Source: an uncultured Bacilli bacterium
GTDB lineage: Bacteria; Bacillota_I; Bacilli_A; RF39; UBA660
NCBI GenBank assembly: GCA_934102055.1
Contig: CAKOSE010000003.1
Location: forward strand, 10,641-74,640
Reading direction: 5' to 3'
DNA: 64,000 bases
Made by a program: the position numbers and the translations under genes. The notes under the pieces were generated by a model that did not search any database, was not told the origin of the DNA, and was given only the letters and a program-made list of their open reading frames with translations. Position 1 is the stretch's first letter. Each line of letters starts with the position of its first letter. Below, in pieces: positions 1-8,781 of the stretch.

Positions 1-1253
1 AAGATAACGTTTTTGAAGAAATAGTTAAAATTGATAAAGATGAATTTGAAAAAGCTATTGATAAAGCTTTCGACAAGAAAAAATCTGAAATTAAGATGGA
101 CGGTTTCAGAAAAGGAAAAGTTCCAAAAGATATATATTTTAAAAAAGTAGGAAAAGAAAGCCTATACATGGATGCTTTAGATATTTTATTACCTGATGCT
201 TATGACAAGGTTATGGCAAATTATAAACCTATTATTGATCCAAGTGTAGAAATTAATTCTGTTGGAGAAGATGGTGTTGAATTCAAGTTTACTATTACTA
301 CTATGCCTTCTGTTGAAATTAAAAAATATAAAGGATTTAATCTAAAAAAGCCTGTAGTAGAAGTTACTGACGAAGAAGTAGAACACGAAATGGGCCATTT
401 AGTTGAAAGATTTACTGAACTTGTTATTAAAGAAGATGGTGAAGTAGAACTTGGTGATGTTGCAGTAATAGATTTCGAAGGATTCAAAGATGGAGAACCA
501 TTCGAAGGAGGAAAAGGAGAAAACTATTCATTAGAAATAGGTTCTGGTACTTTTATTCCTGGATTTGAAGATCAAGTTATTAAAATGAAAAAAGGTGAAG
601 AAAAAGATATTAATGTAACTTTCCCAGAAGATTATCATCAAGAAGACTTAAAAGGTAAACCAGTTACATTCAAAGTTAAAGTTCATGAAATTAAAACAAA
701 ACAAGCTAGAGACTTTGATGAAGAATTCTTTGAAGATCTAGGCCTAGAAGGAATTGATTCCGAAGAAAAACTAAAAGAAGAAATAAAAGAAAATATAAAA
801 GTTTCTAAAGAAAGAGAAGCTGAAAATAATTTTGTTGAAGAAGTACTTGCAAAAGTGGCAGAAAACACTACTGTAGATATTCCAGAAGAACTTGTAGAAG
901 ATGAAATCAATCATATGATGAAAAACTTTGAAGAACAAGTTAGAATGCAAGGTATGTCTCTTGAAGTTCTTTATGAAATGACTAAATCAAACGAAGAAAA
1001 ACTTCGTGAACAAATGAAAGAAGAAGCTAATAAACATGTTTTATATAGAATTATTCTTGAAAAGGTAAAAGAACTTGAAAAGATTAACGTTTCTGATAAA
1101 GAAGTTACCGAAGAACTTGAAAAACTTGCTAAACAATACAACGTCACAACTGATGAATTCTTAGAAATGTATGGTGAAAAAGAAATGTTAAAATATGAAC
1201 TTGAAGTTAAAAAAGTATTAGAACTTCTTGTTAAAGAAAACGAAAAGAAATAG
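1..1253 (+). CDS. tig: trigger factor, 5'-truncated by the window edge
   Basis: The reading frame is open from nt 3, so the track Met at 96 is internal. Contains FRKGKVP, an FKBP-type PPIase core (GDVAVIDFEGF..GGKGENYSLEIGSGTFIPGFEDQ) and an acidic helical C-terminal arm. Confidence 0.9.
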   Translation, partial: DNVFEEIVKIDKDEFEKAIDKAFDKKKSEIKMDGFRKGKVPKDIYFKKVGKESLYMDALDILLPDAYDKVMANYKPIIDPSVEINSVGEDGVEFKFTITTMPSVEIKKYKGFNLKKPVVEVTDEEVEHEMGHLVERFTELVIKEDGEVELGDVAVIDFEGFKDGEPFEGGKGENYSLEIGSGTFIPGFEDQVIKMKKGEEKDINVTFPEDYHQEDLKGKPVTFKVKVHEIKTKQARDFDEEFFEDLGLEGIDSEEKLKEEIKENIKVSKEREAENNFVEEVLAKVAENTTVDIPEELVEDEINHMMKNFEEQVRMQGMSLEVLYEMTKSNEEKLREQMKEEANKHVLYRIILEKVKELEKINVSDKEVTEELEKLAKQYNVTTDEFLEMYGEKEMLKYELEVKKVLELLVKENEKK

Positions 1254-1272
1254 ACTTTAAGCTTATACTAAA

Positions 1273-1303
1273 TCTGCACGATGAGCTTGCGTGTGGATTT
1301 TTT
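1273..1303 (+). terminator. intrinsic terminator after tig
   Basis: TCTGCACG (1273-1280) pairs with CGTGTGGA (1290-1297), including two G-U pairs, and is followed by TTTTTT. Confidence 0.5.
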
Positions 1304-1331
1304 CTTTAAGTTTATTTAGAAAGGTGTTTGT

Positions 1332-2513
1332 ATGGAAAGTATTATTTTAATAAAATATGGTGAACTTACTACCAAAAAAGATAATAGAAAAGAATTCATT
1401 AATATCTTATCAAAAAATATTAATGAGAAAATAAGTAAATATGATGCTAAAATTGTAAAAGATCGTTCTAGAATGTATATTGTATTTGATGATAAATATA
1501 AAAATCAAATTATTGATGTTCTTAGTAATACATTTGGTATTCATGCGTTTAATATTGTTTATAAAGCTAATACTAATAATGATGCTATTTGTAATGAAGT
1601 TTTAAATCGTTTATCAAACATTACTTTTAAAACTTTTAAAATTGTTACAAAACGTAGGGATAAATCATTTCCTATACCAAGTATGGATTTTAATAGAGTA
1701 GTAGCAGGCTTTATTTTAAAAAATATGAAAGATATTTCAGTAGATGTCCATAACCCAGATGTTTATGTTAATATTGAAATAAATAAAGATGACACTTATA
1801 TTTACTTCAATGAAATAAAAGGTCTAGGAGGATATCCCGTTGGCGTAGCAGGAAAAGGTCTCTTAATGCTTTCTGGAGGAATTGATTCTCCTGTAGCAGG
1901 ATACTTATCACTAAAACGGGGAGTTAAACTAGAAGCCATTTACTTCGAAGCACTTCCTCATACCAGTTTAAGTGCTAGAGAAAAAGTTATAAATCTTGCA
2001 AAAGAACTACGTAAATACTCTTCAAGTTTTAATTTATATGTTGCATCTATTACTGATTTACAAGAAGCCATTTATGAAAAGATTGACTCTACTTATATGA
2101 TAACTATCTTAAGGAGAATGATGTATCGTATAAGTGAAAAAGTAGCGCGTTCTAACAATGATCTTATTTTAATAAATGGTGAATCTATCGGACAAGTTGC
2201 CAGTCAAACTCTTACTAGTATGAATGCTATAAATAGTGTTGTCTCTATTCCGGTCATTAGACCAGTAGCATGTTTTGATAAACTAGAAATTATTGATATT
2301 GCTAAAAAGATTAATACCTACGAAACAAGTATTCTTCCCTTTGAAGATTGTTGTACTATTTTTGTACCTCGTCATCCAGTTATTAATCCAAGAATTGACA
2401 AATGCTTATTATATGAAAAAGCTATTGATTATGAATCTATGATCAATGATGTAATTGCTAATATAAAAATTATAAAAATTGATGATAAAAGTGATTTTGA
2501 CGATTTACTCTAA
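1332..2513 (+). CDS. thiI: tRNA 4-thiouridine(8) synthase ThiI (no rhodanese domain)
   Basis: N-terminal IKYGELTTK ferredoxin-like/THUMP region, PP-loop SGGIDSPVA, 393 aa. SD AAAGGTG precedes the ATG. Confidence 0.85.
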   Translation: MESIILIKYGELTTKKDNRKEFINILSKNINEKISKYDAKIVKDRSRMYIVFDDKYKNQIIDVLSNTFGIHAFNIVYKANTNNDAICNEVLNRLSNITFKTFKIVTKRRDKSFPIPSMDFNRVVAGFILKNMKDISVDVHNPDVYVNIEINKDDTYIYFNEIKGLGGYPVGVAGKGLLMLSGGIDSPVAGYLSLKRGVKLEAIYFEALPHTSLSAREKVINLAKELRKYSSSFNLYVASITDLQEAIYEKIDSTYMITILRRMMYRISEKVARSNNDLILINGESIGQVASQTLTSMNAINSVVSIPVIRPVACFDKLEIIDIAKKINTYETSILPFEDCCTIFVPRHPVINPRIDKCLLYEKAIDYESMINDVIANIKIIKIDDKSDFDDLL

Positions 2514-2555
2514 AACTTAAAAAATATACAGGTATAAATTACCAGTAAAATTGAC

Positions 2556-2584
2556 GTATGAAAAGCTGATATTTTCACATTCTA
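2556..2584 (+). promoter_or_regulatory. forespore sigma-G/sigma-F type promoter candidate for the SASP gene
   Basis: GTATG (2556-2560), 17-nt spacer, CATTCTA (2578-2584). This fits the remembered consensus GHATR-N17/18-CATXHTA. The same architecture occurs upstream of gpr at 35579. Confidence 0.5.
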
Positions 2585-2607
2585 TAAATGTATAGGAGGT
2601 GAGAATA

Positions 2608-2817
2608 ATGAATCAAGCAAGCAACAATAGCAATAAACTAGTTGTTCCAGGAGCTAAACAAGCTATCGATGGTATGAAATACGAAATAGCTAGAGAATTT
2701 GGTGTTAATTTAGGACCAGATGCTACTTCAAGAGCTAACGGATCAGTTGGTGGAGAAATCACAAAACGTTTAGTTGAAAGAGGAATGTCACAATTAAGTG
2801 GTTATTCTAATAAATAA
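2608..2817 (+). CDS. alpha/beta-type small acid-soluble spore protein
   Basis: [10 protein letters not shown] and [12 protein letters not shown] signatures. SD AGGAGGTG lies 6 nt before the ATG at 2608; the track start at 2599 is a GTG inside the SD. Confidence 0.9.
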   Translation: MNQASNNSNKLVVPGAKQAIDGMKYEIAREFGVNLGPDATSRANGSVGGEITKRLVERGMSQLSGYSNK

Positions 2818-2835
2818 TTGATATAAATTTTTATT

Positions 2836-2869
2836 AAAAGTGCTTCAAATTCGAAGTGCTTTTATTTTT
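2836..2869 (+). terminator. intrinsic terminator after the SASP gene
   Basis: AAAAGTGCTTC (2836-2846) pairs with GAAGTGCTTTT (2853-2863), two G-U pairs, followed by a T-rich tail. Confidence 0.55.
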
Positions 2870-2962
2870 AAACTTTAACAAACAAATGTTTGATTTAGTA
2901 TTGATTTTCTTTTCTTTTCTTGTTATACTTATACTAACTTATATCGTATTAGGGAGGTATTT

Positions 2963-5353
2963 ATGGATATATTAAATTTACTTGAAGAAAATACTAGTAC
3001 TATTGTTGTTACTAGCTATAGTAATAAACTTAACATTTTAAAAAAACTAAACAATATAGACAAGTTATTTGATGTTAATTTTATTACCTTAGATGAACTT
3101 ACAAAAAGATATTATTTTTCCTATGATGAAAATGCTATTTATTATTTAATGGATAAATATGGTTTTAATAGAGATATTGCAGGCATTTATCTTTCTAACA
3201 TGTACTATGTTTTAGATAAAGATTATAATAATGATAAACTTAATACTCTAGTTAAATTAAAAAAAGAACTTGATAGTAAAGGGTTACTTATAAAAGATAA
3301 TCTTTTTGAGGACTTTATTAAAGATAAAGAGATTATTTTTTATGATTATCGTTCTTTTTCTTGTCTTGAAAAAAATATGATCTCTCATCTTAAAAAATCT
3401 AACAAGTGTATTATTACATCTTCTAAGTCACCAAGTTATAAACATGTTGTTTATGAATTTGATACTATTTTTGAAGAAGTTGAATATGTCGCGAAAGAAA
3501 TTTCTAGACTGATATCTTCCTCAGTTAGTCTATCTAATATTAAACTTACCAATGTTAATAGTGATTATTATGATATAATTACTAGAGTTTTTTCTATGTA
3601 TAATTTAAGAGTTAATTTTGATAATAACAAGTTAATTTCTACAAAAGTTGCAAAAGATTTTTTGGTTATGGAAGGCTCTATAAGTGAGAGAATTAATGTC
3701 CTTTCAGAAAAGTATAAAAATTCTAAAGTTTTAGATAAAATCATTTCTATTTGTAACAAGTGCATATCCTTTGAAAATATCTCTATAGTTAATGAGATGA
3801 TTAGTTATGATTTTAAAAACACTTATCTTGAAGAGGATATATACAAAAACACCATCGAAGTTATCGATTACTTAAATGATTATATTAGTGATGAAATGTA
3901 TGTATTTATGCTATCTTTTCAAAATGATGTTCCAGTTATATATAAAGATGAAGATTTTATAACTGATAATATCAAAAATGATGTTCTTTTAGATTCTACT
4001 TTTGAGAGAAACAAAATATCTAAAAAAGTATGTAAAGAAGCAATCTCTAGTATTCGCAATCTTACTATTACTTATAAAAACAGTTCCCCAGCTGGAGTAT
4101 TTTATCCTTCTAATCTAATTGGAGATATGGATATGTCTGTTATTAAACCTGATAATCTTTATAATGAAAGTTATAGTAAATTATCAGATATGGTTAACCT
4201 TTCTAAAGGACTTGATAGCTACTTAAAAACCGGAGAAGTTACCAGTTCATTAAAGCTGCTATATAATAGTTATGATGATATTAGCTATAACAGTTATGAC
4301 AATAGTTTTACTGGAGTTTCCAAAAACTTACTTATGGATTATTTTTCAAAAGGTTATAATTTATCTTATTCTAGCATGGATTCATTTTATAAATGTCCAT
4401 TTAGATATTACTTATCTCATGTTCTTAAACTTGATATATACGAAGAAAGATTTGAAGCCTACATAGGAAGTTTGTTTCATTACGTCCTTGAAAAAGCTTT
4501 AAAATGTGGAGGAGAAGTTTCATTTTACATTGATGAATTTATCAGTAATAGTGATAAATCATTAACTAAAAAAGAAGAATTTTTTATAAAAAAACTATCT
4601 AAATCTCTTGAGTTTATTCATAAGACAATTTTAGATCATTTAGATAATTCTAATCTTAAAAACATGCTTTTTGAAGAAAGAGTAGTAGTAACAAAAGATA
4701 AAGATGTCTCTGTAACCTTTAAAGGATTTATAGATAAAATTATGTATGAAGAAAAAGAAGGCTCTACTATCGTTGCTATTATTGATTATAAGACAGGTTC
4801 AGCAGATATTAATCTTGGTTATGTTCCTTATGGTCTTTCTATGCAGCTTCCTGTTTATTTGTACCTTGCTAAAAATAGTAACAAACTTAAAAACATCAAG
4901 TTTGCAGGTTTCTATTTGCAAAGAATACTTTCGGGACCTTATAATATTTCCTCTAAAATGAGTCTAGAAGATCAAAAAAGAGATAGCCTCCTTTTAAATG
5001 GTTACTCTAATATAGATCAAGACACCCTTTATGAATTTGATAAAACCTATAAAATGAGTAAGTATATTAAGTCTATGAAAGTTTTAAATAATGGTAACTT
5101 CTTCAAGTATTCCAAAGTACTTACTGATGAAGAAATAGAAGTTTTAATTAACATGGTTGATGATAAAATTGATAATTCTATTACTCTTATTAACAATGGT
5201 TGTTTCAACATAAGCCCTAAAAGAACAGAAAAAGAAATGCTTGGATGTAAGTTCTGTAAATATAATGATATTTGTTTTAAAGAATCAAAAGATGACGTTT
5301 ATATAACAATAGATAAAGATTTATCATATTTAGGAGGTGATGATAATGCCTAA
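2963..5353 (+). CDS. addB: helicase-nuclease AddAB subunit B, short form
   Basis: The stop overlaps the addA start. C-terminal PD-(D/E)XK nuclease motif GFIDKIM..IIDYKTG. Four Cys typical of the AddB Fe-S cluster (FYKCPFRY and C-x2-C-x5-C, CKFCKYNDIC). No Walker A visible at the N-terminus. Confidence 0.75.
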   Translation: MDILNLLEENTSTIVVTSYSNKLNILKKLNNIDKLFDVNFITLDELTKRYYFSYDENAIYYLMDKYGFNRDIAGIYLSNMYYVLDKDYNNDKLNTLVKLKKELDSKGLLIKDNLFEDFIKDKEIIFYDYRSFSCLEKNMISHLKKSNKCIITSSKSPSYKHVVYEFDTIFEEVEYVAKEISRLISSSVSLSNIKLTNVNSDYYDIITRVFSMYNLRVNFDNNKLISTKVAKDFLVMEGSISERINVLSEKYKNSKVLDKIISICNKCISFENISIVNEMISYDFKNTYLEEDIYKNTIEVIDYLNDYISDEMYVFMLSFQNDVPVIYKDEDFITDNIKNDVLLDSTFERNKISKKVCKEAISSIRNLTITYKNSSPAGVFYPSNLIGDMDMSVIKPDNLYNESYSKLSDMVNLSKGLDSYLKTGEVTSSLKLLYNSYDDISYNSYDNSFTGVSKNLLMDYFSKGYNLSYSSMDSFYKCPFRYYLSHVLKLDIYEERFEAYIGSLFHYVLEKALKCGGEVSFYIDEFISNSDKSLTKKEEFFIKKLSKSLEFIHKTILDHLDNSNLKNMLFEERVVVTKDKDVSVTFKGFIDKIMYEEKEGSTIVAIIDYKTGSADINLGYVPYGLSMQLPVYLYLAKNSNKLKNIKFAGFYLQRILSGPYNISSKMSLEDQKRDSLLLNGYSNIDQDTLYEFDKTYKMSKYIKSMKVLNNGNFFKYSKVLTDEEIEVLINMVDDKIDNSITLINNGCFNISPKRTEKEMLGCKFCKYNDICFKESKDDVYITIDKDLSYLGGDDNA

Positions 5354-8300
5354 GTGGACTTTAGAGCAACAAGAAGCAATAGATAAAGAAGGTAAAAATA
5401 TAATAGTTTCTGCAGGAGCAGGATCAGGTAAAACAGCAGTACTTACTGCAAGAGTAATTAGAAAATTAAAAGACGGTATTGATGTTAATAAATTACTTGT
5501 TCTAACCTTTACAAATGAAGCAGCAGGAGAAATGAAAGACAGAATAAGAAAAGCAATAAAAAAAGAAGAATCATTAAAAAATCAACTTGATTTTCTTGAT
5601 AGTGCTTATATCACTACTTTTGATAGTTATGCTTTATCCATTGTAAAAAAATATCATTATTTACTTAATATCTCCAAAAACATAGGAATAGTTAGTTCTT
5701 CTATTATTAATATAAAAAAAGAAGAATTCATAGATATTATTTTTGAAGACTTATACAACAAAGAAGATAAAGATTTCTTATCTTTAATCGATTGTTTCTG
5801 TCTAAAAGATGATAAAGAAATAAAAAAACAAATTCTTAAAATCAATAATAATCTAGAAGGAAGATATGATAAAAAAGAATATCTTAATAATTACATTAAT
5901 AGTTTTTATGATAGGAGCTATGTCAAATCACTAGTAGAGAATTATGTTTCTGTTATATTAGAAAAACAACAGGAAATAAAGTCTATATATGAAGAAATTT
6001 TAACCTTAGAAGATTCAAAAAAAGTTCTTGAATATGAAGAAAAACTATCTTCCTTTATAGCATCAACTACCTATGATGATATTAGAAAAAATGTTTGTTT
6101 TTATCTGCCTAGAATTGTAAAAAATTCAAAGTGTGAAAAAGAAAAGATTAAAGCCCTAAGAGAAGAACTAAAAGAATTAACTATATACGAAGACATTAAT
6201 AGCTTATATGATACTTATATGAGTACTAAATGTTATGTTAAAGTCATTATTAACATAATAAATAAACTTGATGAAATGATTAGTAATTATAAAAGGAAAA
6301 ATGATTCTTATGAATTCATTGATATCTCAAAAATGGCTATAGATGTAGTTAAAAATAACAGTGATGTTTGTAGTGAAATCAAAAACTATTATAATGAAAT
6401 CATGGTAGATGAATATCAAGATACCAATGATTTACAAGAAACATTTATCAATCTAATAGAAAACAATAATGTATATATGGTAGGGGATATAAAACAGTCC
6501 ATATATAGATTTAGAAATGCCAATCCAATGATTTTTAAAAACAAGTATAGTGCTTATAGTGATGGAAATACTGGTATAAAAATTGATTTACTTAAGAATT
6601 TCAGATCTAGAAGTGAAGTTCTTGCAGATATTAATAAGATTTTCAATAAAATTATGGATAGTTTTCTAGGAGGAGCAGATTATACTTTATCTCATCAAAT
6701 GGTCTTTGGCAATAGCATGTATGATGAACAAAATAGTGACAAAATAAATAATAATCTTGAAATATATAACTACGATAGCAAAGAATTTAAAGATTATGAC
6801 AAGAGTGAAGTAGAAGCATTTATTATTGCAAATGATATAAAAAATAAAGTAAATAATGGATATATGGTCGTAGATAAAGAAACCAGCACCTTAAGAAAAG
6901 CGAAATATAGTGATTTCTGTATTATTATGGATAGGGGATCCGATTTTGATTTATACAAGAAAATTTTTGAATACGAAGATATCCCTTTAGTAGCATATCA
7001 AGATGAAAAACTTACCACTTCCTACGATGTATTTATTATTAAAAATTTAGCAAAATTTATCATAAAAATTAAAAATAATGAATTCGATAAAGAATTCAAG
7101 TATTATTTTATATCCCTTTCTAGAAGCTACTTATATAGAAAGAGTGACGAAGAAATATTTAAGATTTTTAAAGATGGATCATTTAAACAAACTTCTTTAT
7201 ACGAAAAAGCAAAGAAAATAGCATATACTCTCGATGATATATCTTGTCATCAGTTTTTAGAAAGTATTTTAAGTGAGTTTTCCTTTTATGAAAAATGCCT
7301 TACATACCATGATATAGATAAAACCCTAATCAGAGTACTTAACTTAAAACAAATTGCATCATCCCTAGAAGATCTCATATACACACCTTACGATTTTGCC
7401 TCTTACCTAGAAGAAATGATTAATAGTGATGAAGAAATTAAATATAAAGTAAACACCAAAGATAACGTCTCTGTTAAAATTATGAACATTCATAAATCAA
7501 AAGGTCTTGAATTTCCTGTATGTTATTTTTCAGGACTTTATAAAAAATTTAATATAAGCGATGTAAGTGAAAAATTTAGATACGATAACAAATATGGAAT
7601 TATTACCCCATATTATAAAGATGGAGTCGGAGACTTATTTACTAAATATATGATCAAAAGCGATTATATAAAAGAAGAAGTCTCAGAAAAAATCAGACTT
7701 CTTTATGTCGCAGTTACCCGTGCTAAAGAAAAAATGATCTTTGTAGGACCTCTAAATGAAGATATATATAATGATGAAAAAATAGTAAATAATGACACAA
7801 GATTAAAATATAGATCCTTCCTAGATATAATAAACACAGTAAAAGACGAATTCGAAGTCAATATACAAAGTATTAACAAAGAAGATATATCCATGTCTAA
7901 AGACTATAATATGTTTAAAATAAAAGATTTAAAAGTACTAAAAGAGAATATAACACCTATAAACAAACATAATATCAAAATAGAAAACAATATAATATCA
8001 ATGAATAAATTCTCTAAAACAAATACAAAACTTAAAACACAAGAAGAAATAACCAACATGAAAAAAGGAACACATATACATTATGTTTTTGAAACAAGTG
8101 ATTTTATGAATCCTACTAATGAATATGTTTTAAAACTTCTAAAACACAATCTATTCAAAAATATAAAAGATTCAAAAATATATAAAGAATATGAATTCTA
8201 TTATGAAGAAAACAACAATTCATATCATGGAATCATAGATTTAATGCTAGTATATAAAGATCATATAGACATAATAGATTACAAACTATATGATGTATCT

Positions 8301-8417
8301 GACGATAACTATAAAAAACAATTAAACGGTTATAAAAAATATATAGAAAACAAAAGTAGTAAACCAGTTAATGTTTATTTATACTCTATATACCAAGATA
8401 TAATCAAAGAATTATAA
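5346..8417 (+). CDS. addA: helicase-nuclease AddAB subunit A (UvrD/PcrA-like helicase plus C-terminal nuclease)
   Basis: Walker A GAGSGKT, VDEYQDTN (motif II), VGDIKQSIYRFR, KGLEFPV, LLYVAVTRAK, C-terminal IIDLM..IIDYK nuclease motif. SD AGGAGGTG at 5332-5339 favours the ATG at 5346 over the track start at 5337. Confidence 0.9.
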   Translation: MPKWTLEQQEAIDKEGKNIIVSAGAGSGKTAVLTARVIRKLKDGIDVNKLLVLTFTNEAAGEMKDRIRKAIKKEESLKNQLDFLDSAYITTFDSYALSIVKKYHYLLNISKNIGIVSSSIINIKKEEFIDIIFEDLYNKEDKDFLSLIDCFCLKDDKEIKKQILKINNNLEGRYDKKEYLNNYINSFYDRSYVKSLVENYVSVILEKQQEIKSIYEEILTLEDSKKVLEYEEKLSSFIASTTYDDIRKNVCFYLPRIVKNSKCEKEKIKALREELKELTIYEDINSLYDTYMSTKCYVKVIINIINKLDEMISNYKRKNDSYEFIDISKMAIDVVKNNSDVCSEIKNYYNEIMVDEYQDTNDLQETFINLIENNNVYMVGDIKQSIYRFRNANPMIFKNKYSAYSDGNTGIKIDLLKNFRSRSEVLADINKIFNKIMDSFLGGADYTLSHQMVFGNSMYDEQNSDKINNNLEIYNYDSKEFKDYDKSEVEAFIIANDIKNKVNNGYMVVDKETSTLRKAKYSDFCIIMDRGSDFDLYKKIFEYEDIPLVAYQDEKLTTSYDVFIIKNLAKFIIKIKNNEFDKEFKYYFISLSRSYLYRKSDEEIFKIFKDGSFKQTSLYEKAKKIAYTLDDISCHQFLESILSEFSFYEKCLTYHDIDKTLIRVLNLKQIASSLEDLIYTPYDFASYLEEMINSDEEIKYKVNTKDNVSVKIMNIHKSKGLEFPVCYFSGLYKKFNISDVSEKFRYDNKYGIITPYYKDGVGDLFTKYMIKSDYIKEEVSEKIRLLYVAVTRAKEKMIFVGPLNEDIYNDEKIVNNDTRLKYRSFLDIINTVKDEFEVNIQSINKEDISMSKDYNMFKIKDLKVLKENITPINKHNIKIENNIISMNKFSKTNTKLKTQEEITNMKKGTHIHYVFETSDFMNPTNEYVLKLLKHNLFKNIKDSKIYKEYEFYYEENNNSYHGIIDLMLVYKDHIDIIDYKLYDVSDDNYKKQLNGYKKYIENKSSKPVNVYLYSIYQDIIKEL

Positions 8418-8476
8418 CAAGATCTAAATATAAATTAATTATTATTTTTGTAAAATTTACGTAAAAGTTACAGTTC

Positions 8477-8518
8477 AGACTAGATAATAAGTAAAAAATT
8501 ATTTATCTAGTCTTTTTA
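8477..8518 (+). terminator. intrinsic terminator after addA
   Basis: AGACTAGATAA (8477-8487) pairs perfectly with TTATCTAGTCT (8503-8513), followed by TTTTT. Confidence 0.7.
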
Positions 8519-8540
8519 TTATTAACTATACTATAGTAAT

Positions 8541-8687
8541 AGTTCAGACGCTGGGGTGTTTTTCTCAAACGATCATAATGGCGTTTCCAATGGCAGTAGT
8601 TCCTCTCGCCTCATAATAACCCCATAAATACCTATAACTAAATAACAGTCCTATAAAACTACAAAAGTAATTTTATAAGACTTTTTC
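8541..8687 (+). ncRNA. candidate small structured RNA or orphan leader (unclassified)
   Basis: A G+C-richer island in an AT-rich 364-nt spacer. Possible helices are TGGGGT 8552-8557 with ACCCCA 8619-8624, and GGCG 8580-8583 with CGCC 8607-8610. It ends in its own hairpin, AGTCCTATAAAA 8647-8658 with TTTTATAAGACT 8671-8682 (one mismatch), plus TTTTT. No credible ORF on either strand. Confidence 0.2.
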
Positions 8688-8781
8688 TATGCAAACATAT
8701 TTTCTCTTTTTTATGAAAACTTTCTTTTATTATTTATTTTTTATCTGTTATAGGATATAATTAATACATGATAGGAGGAAT

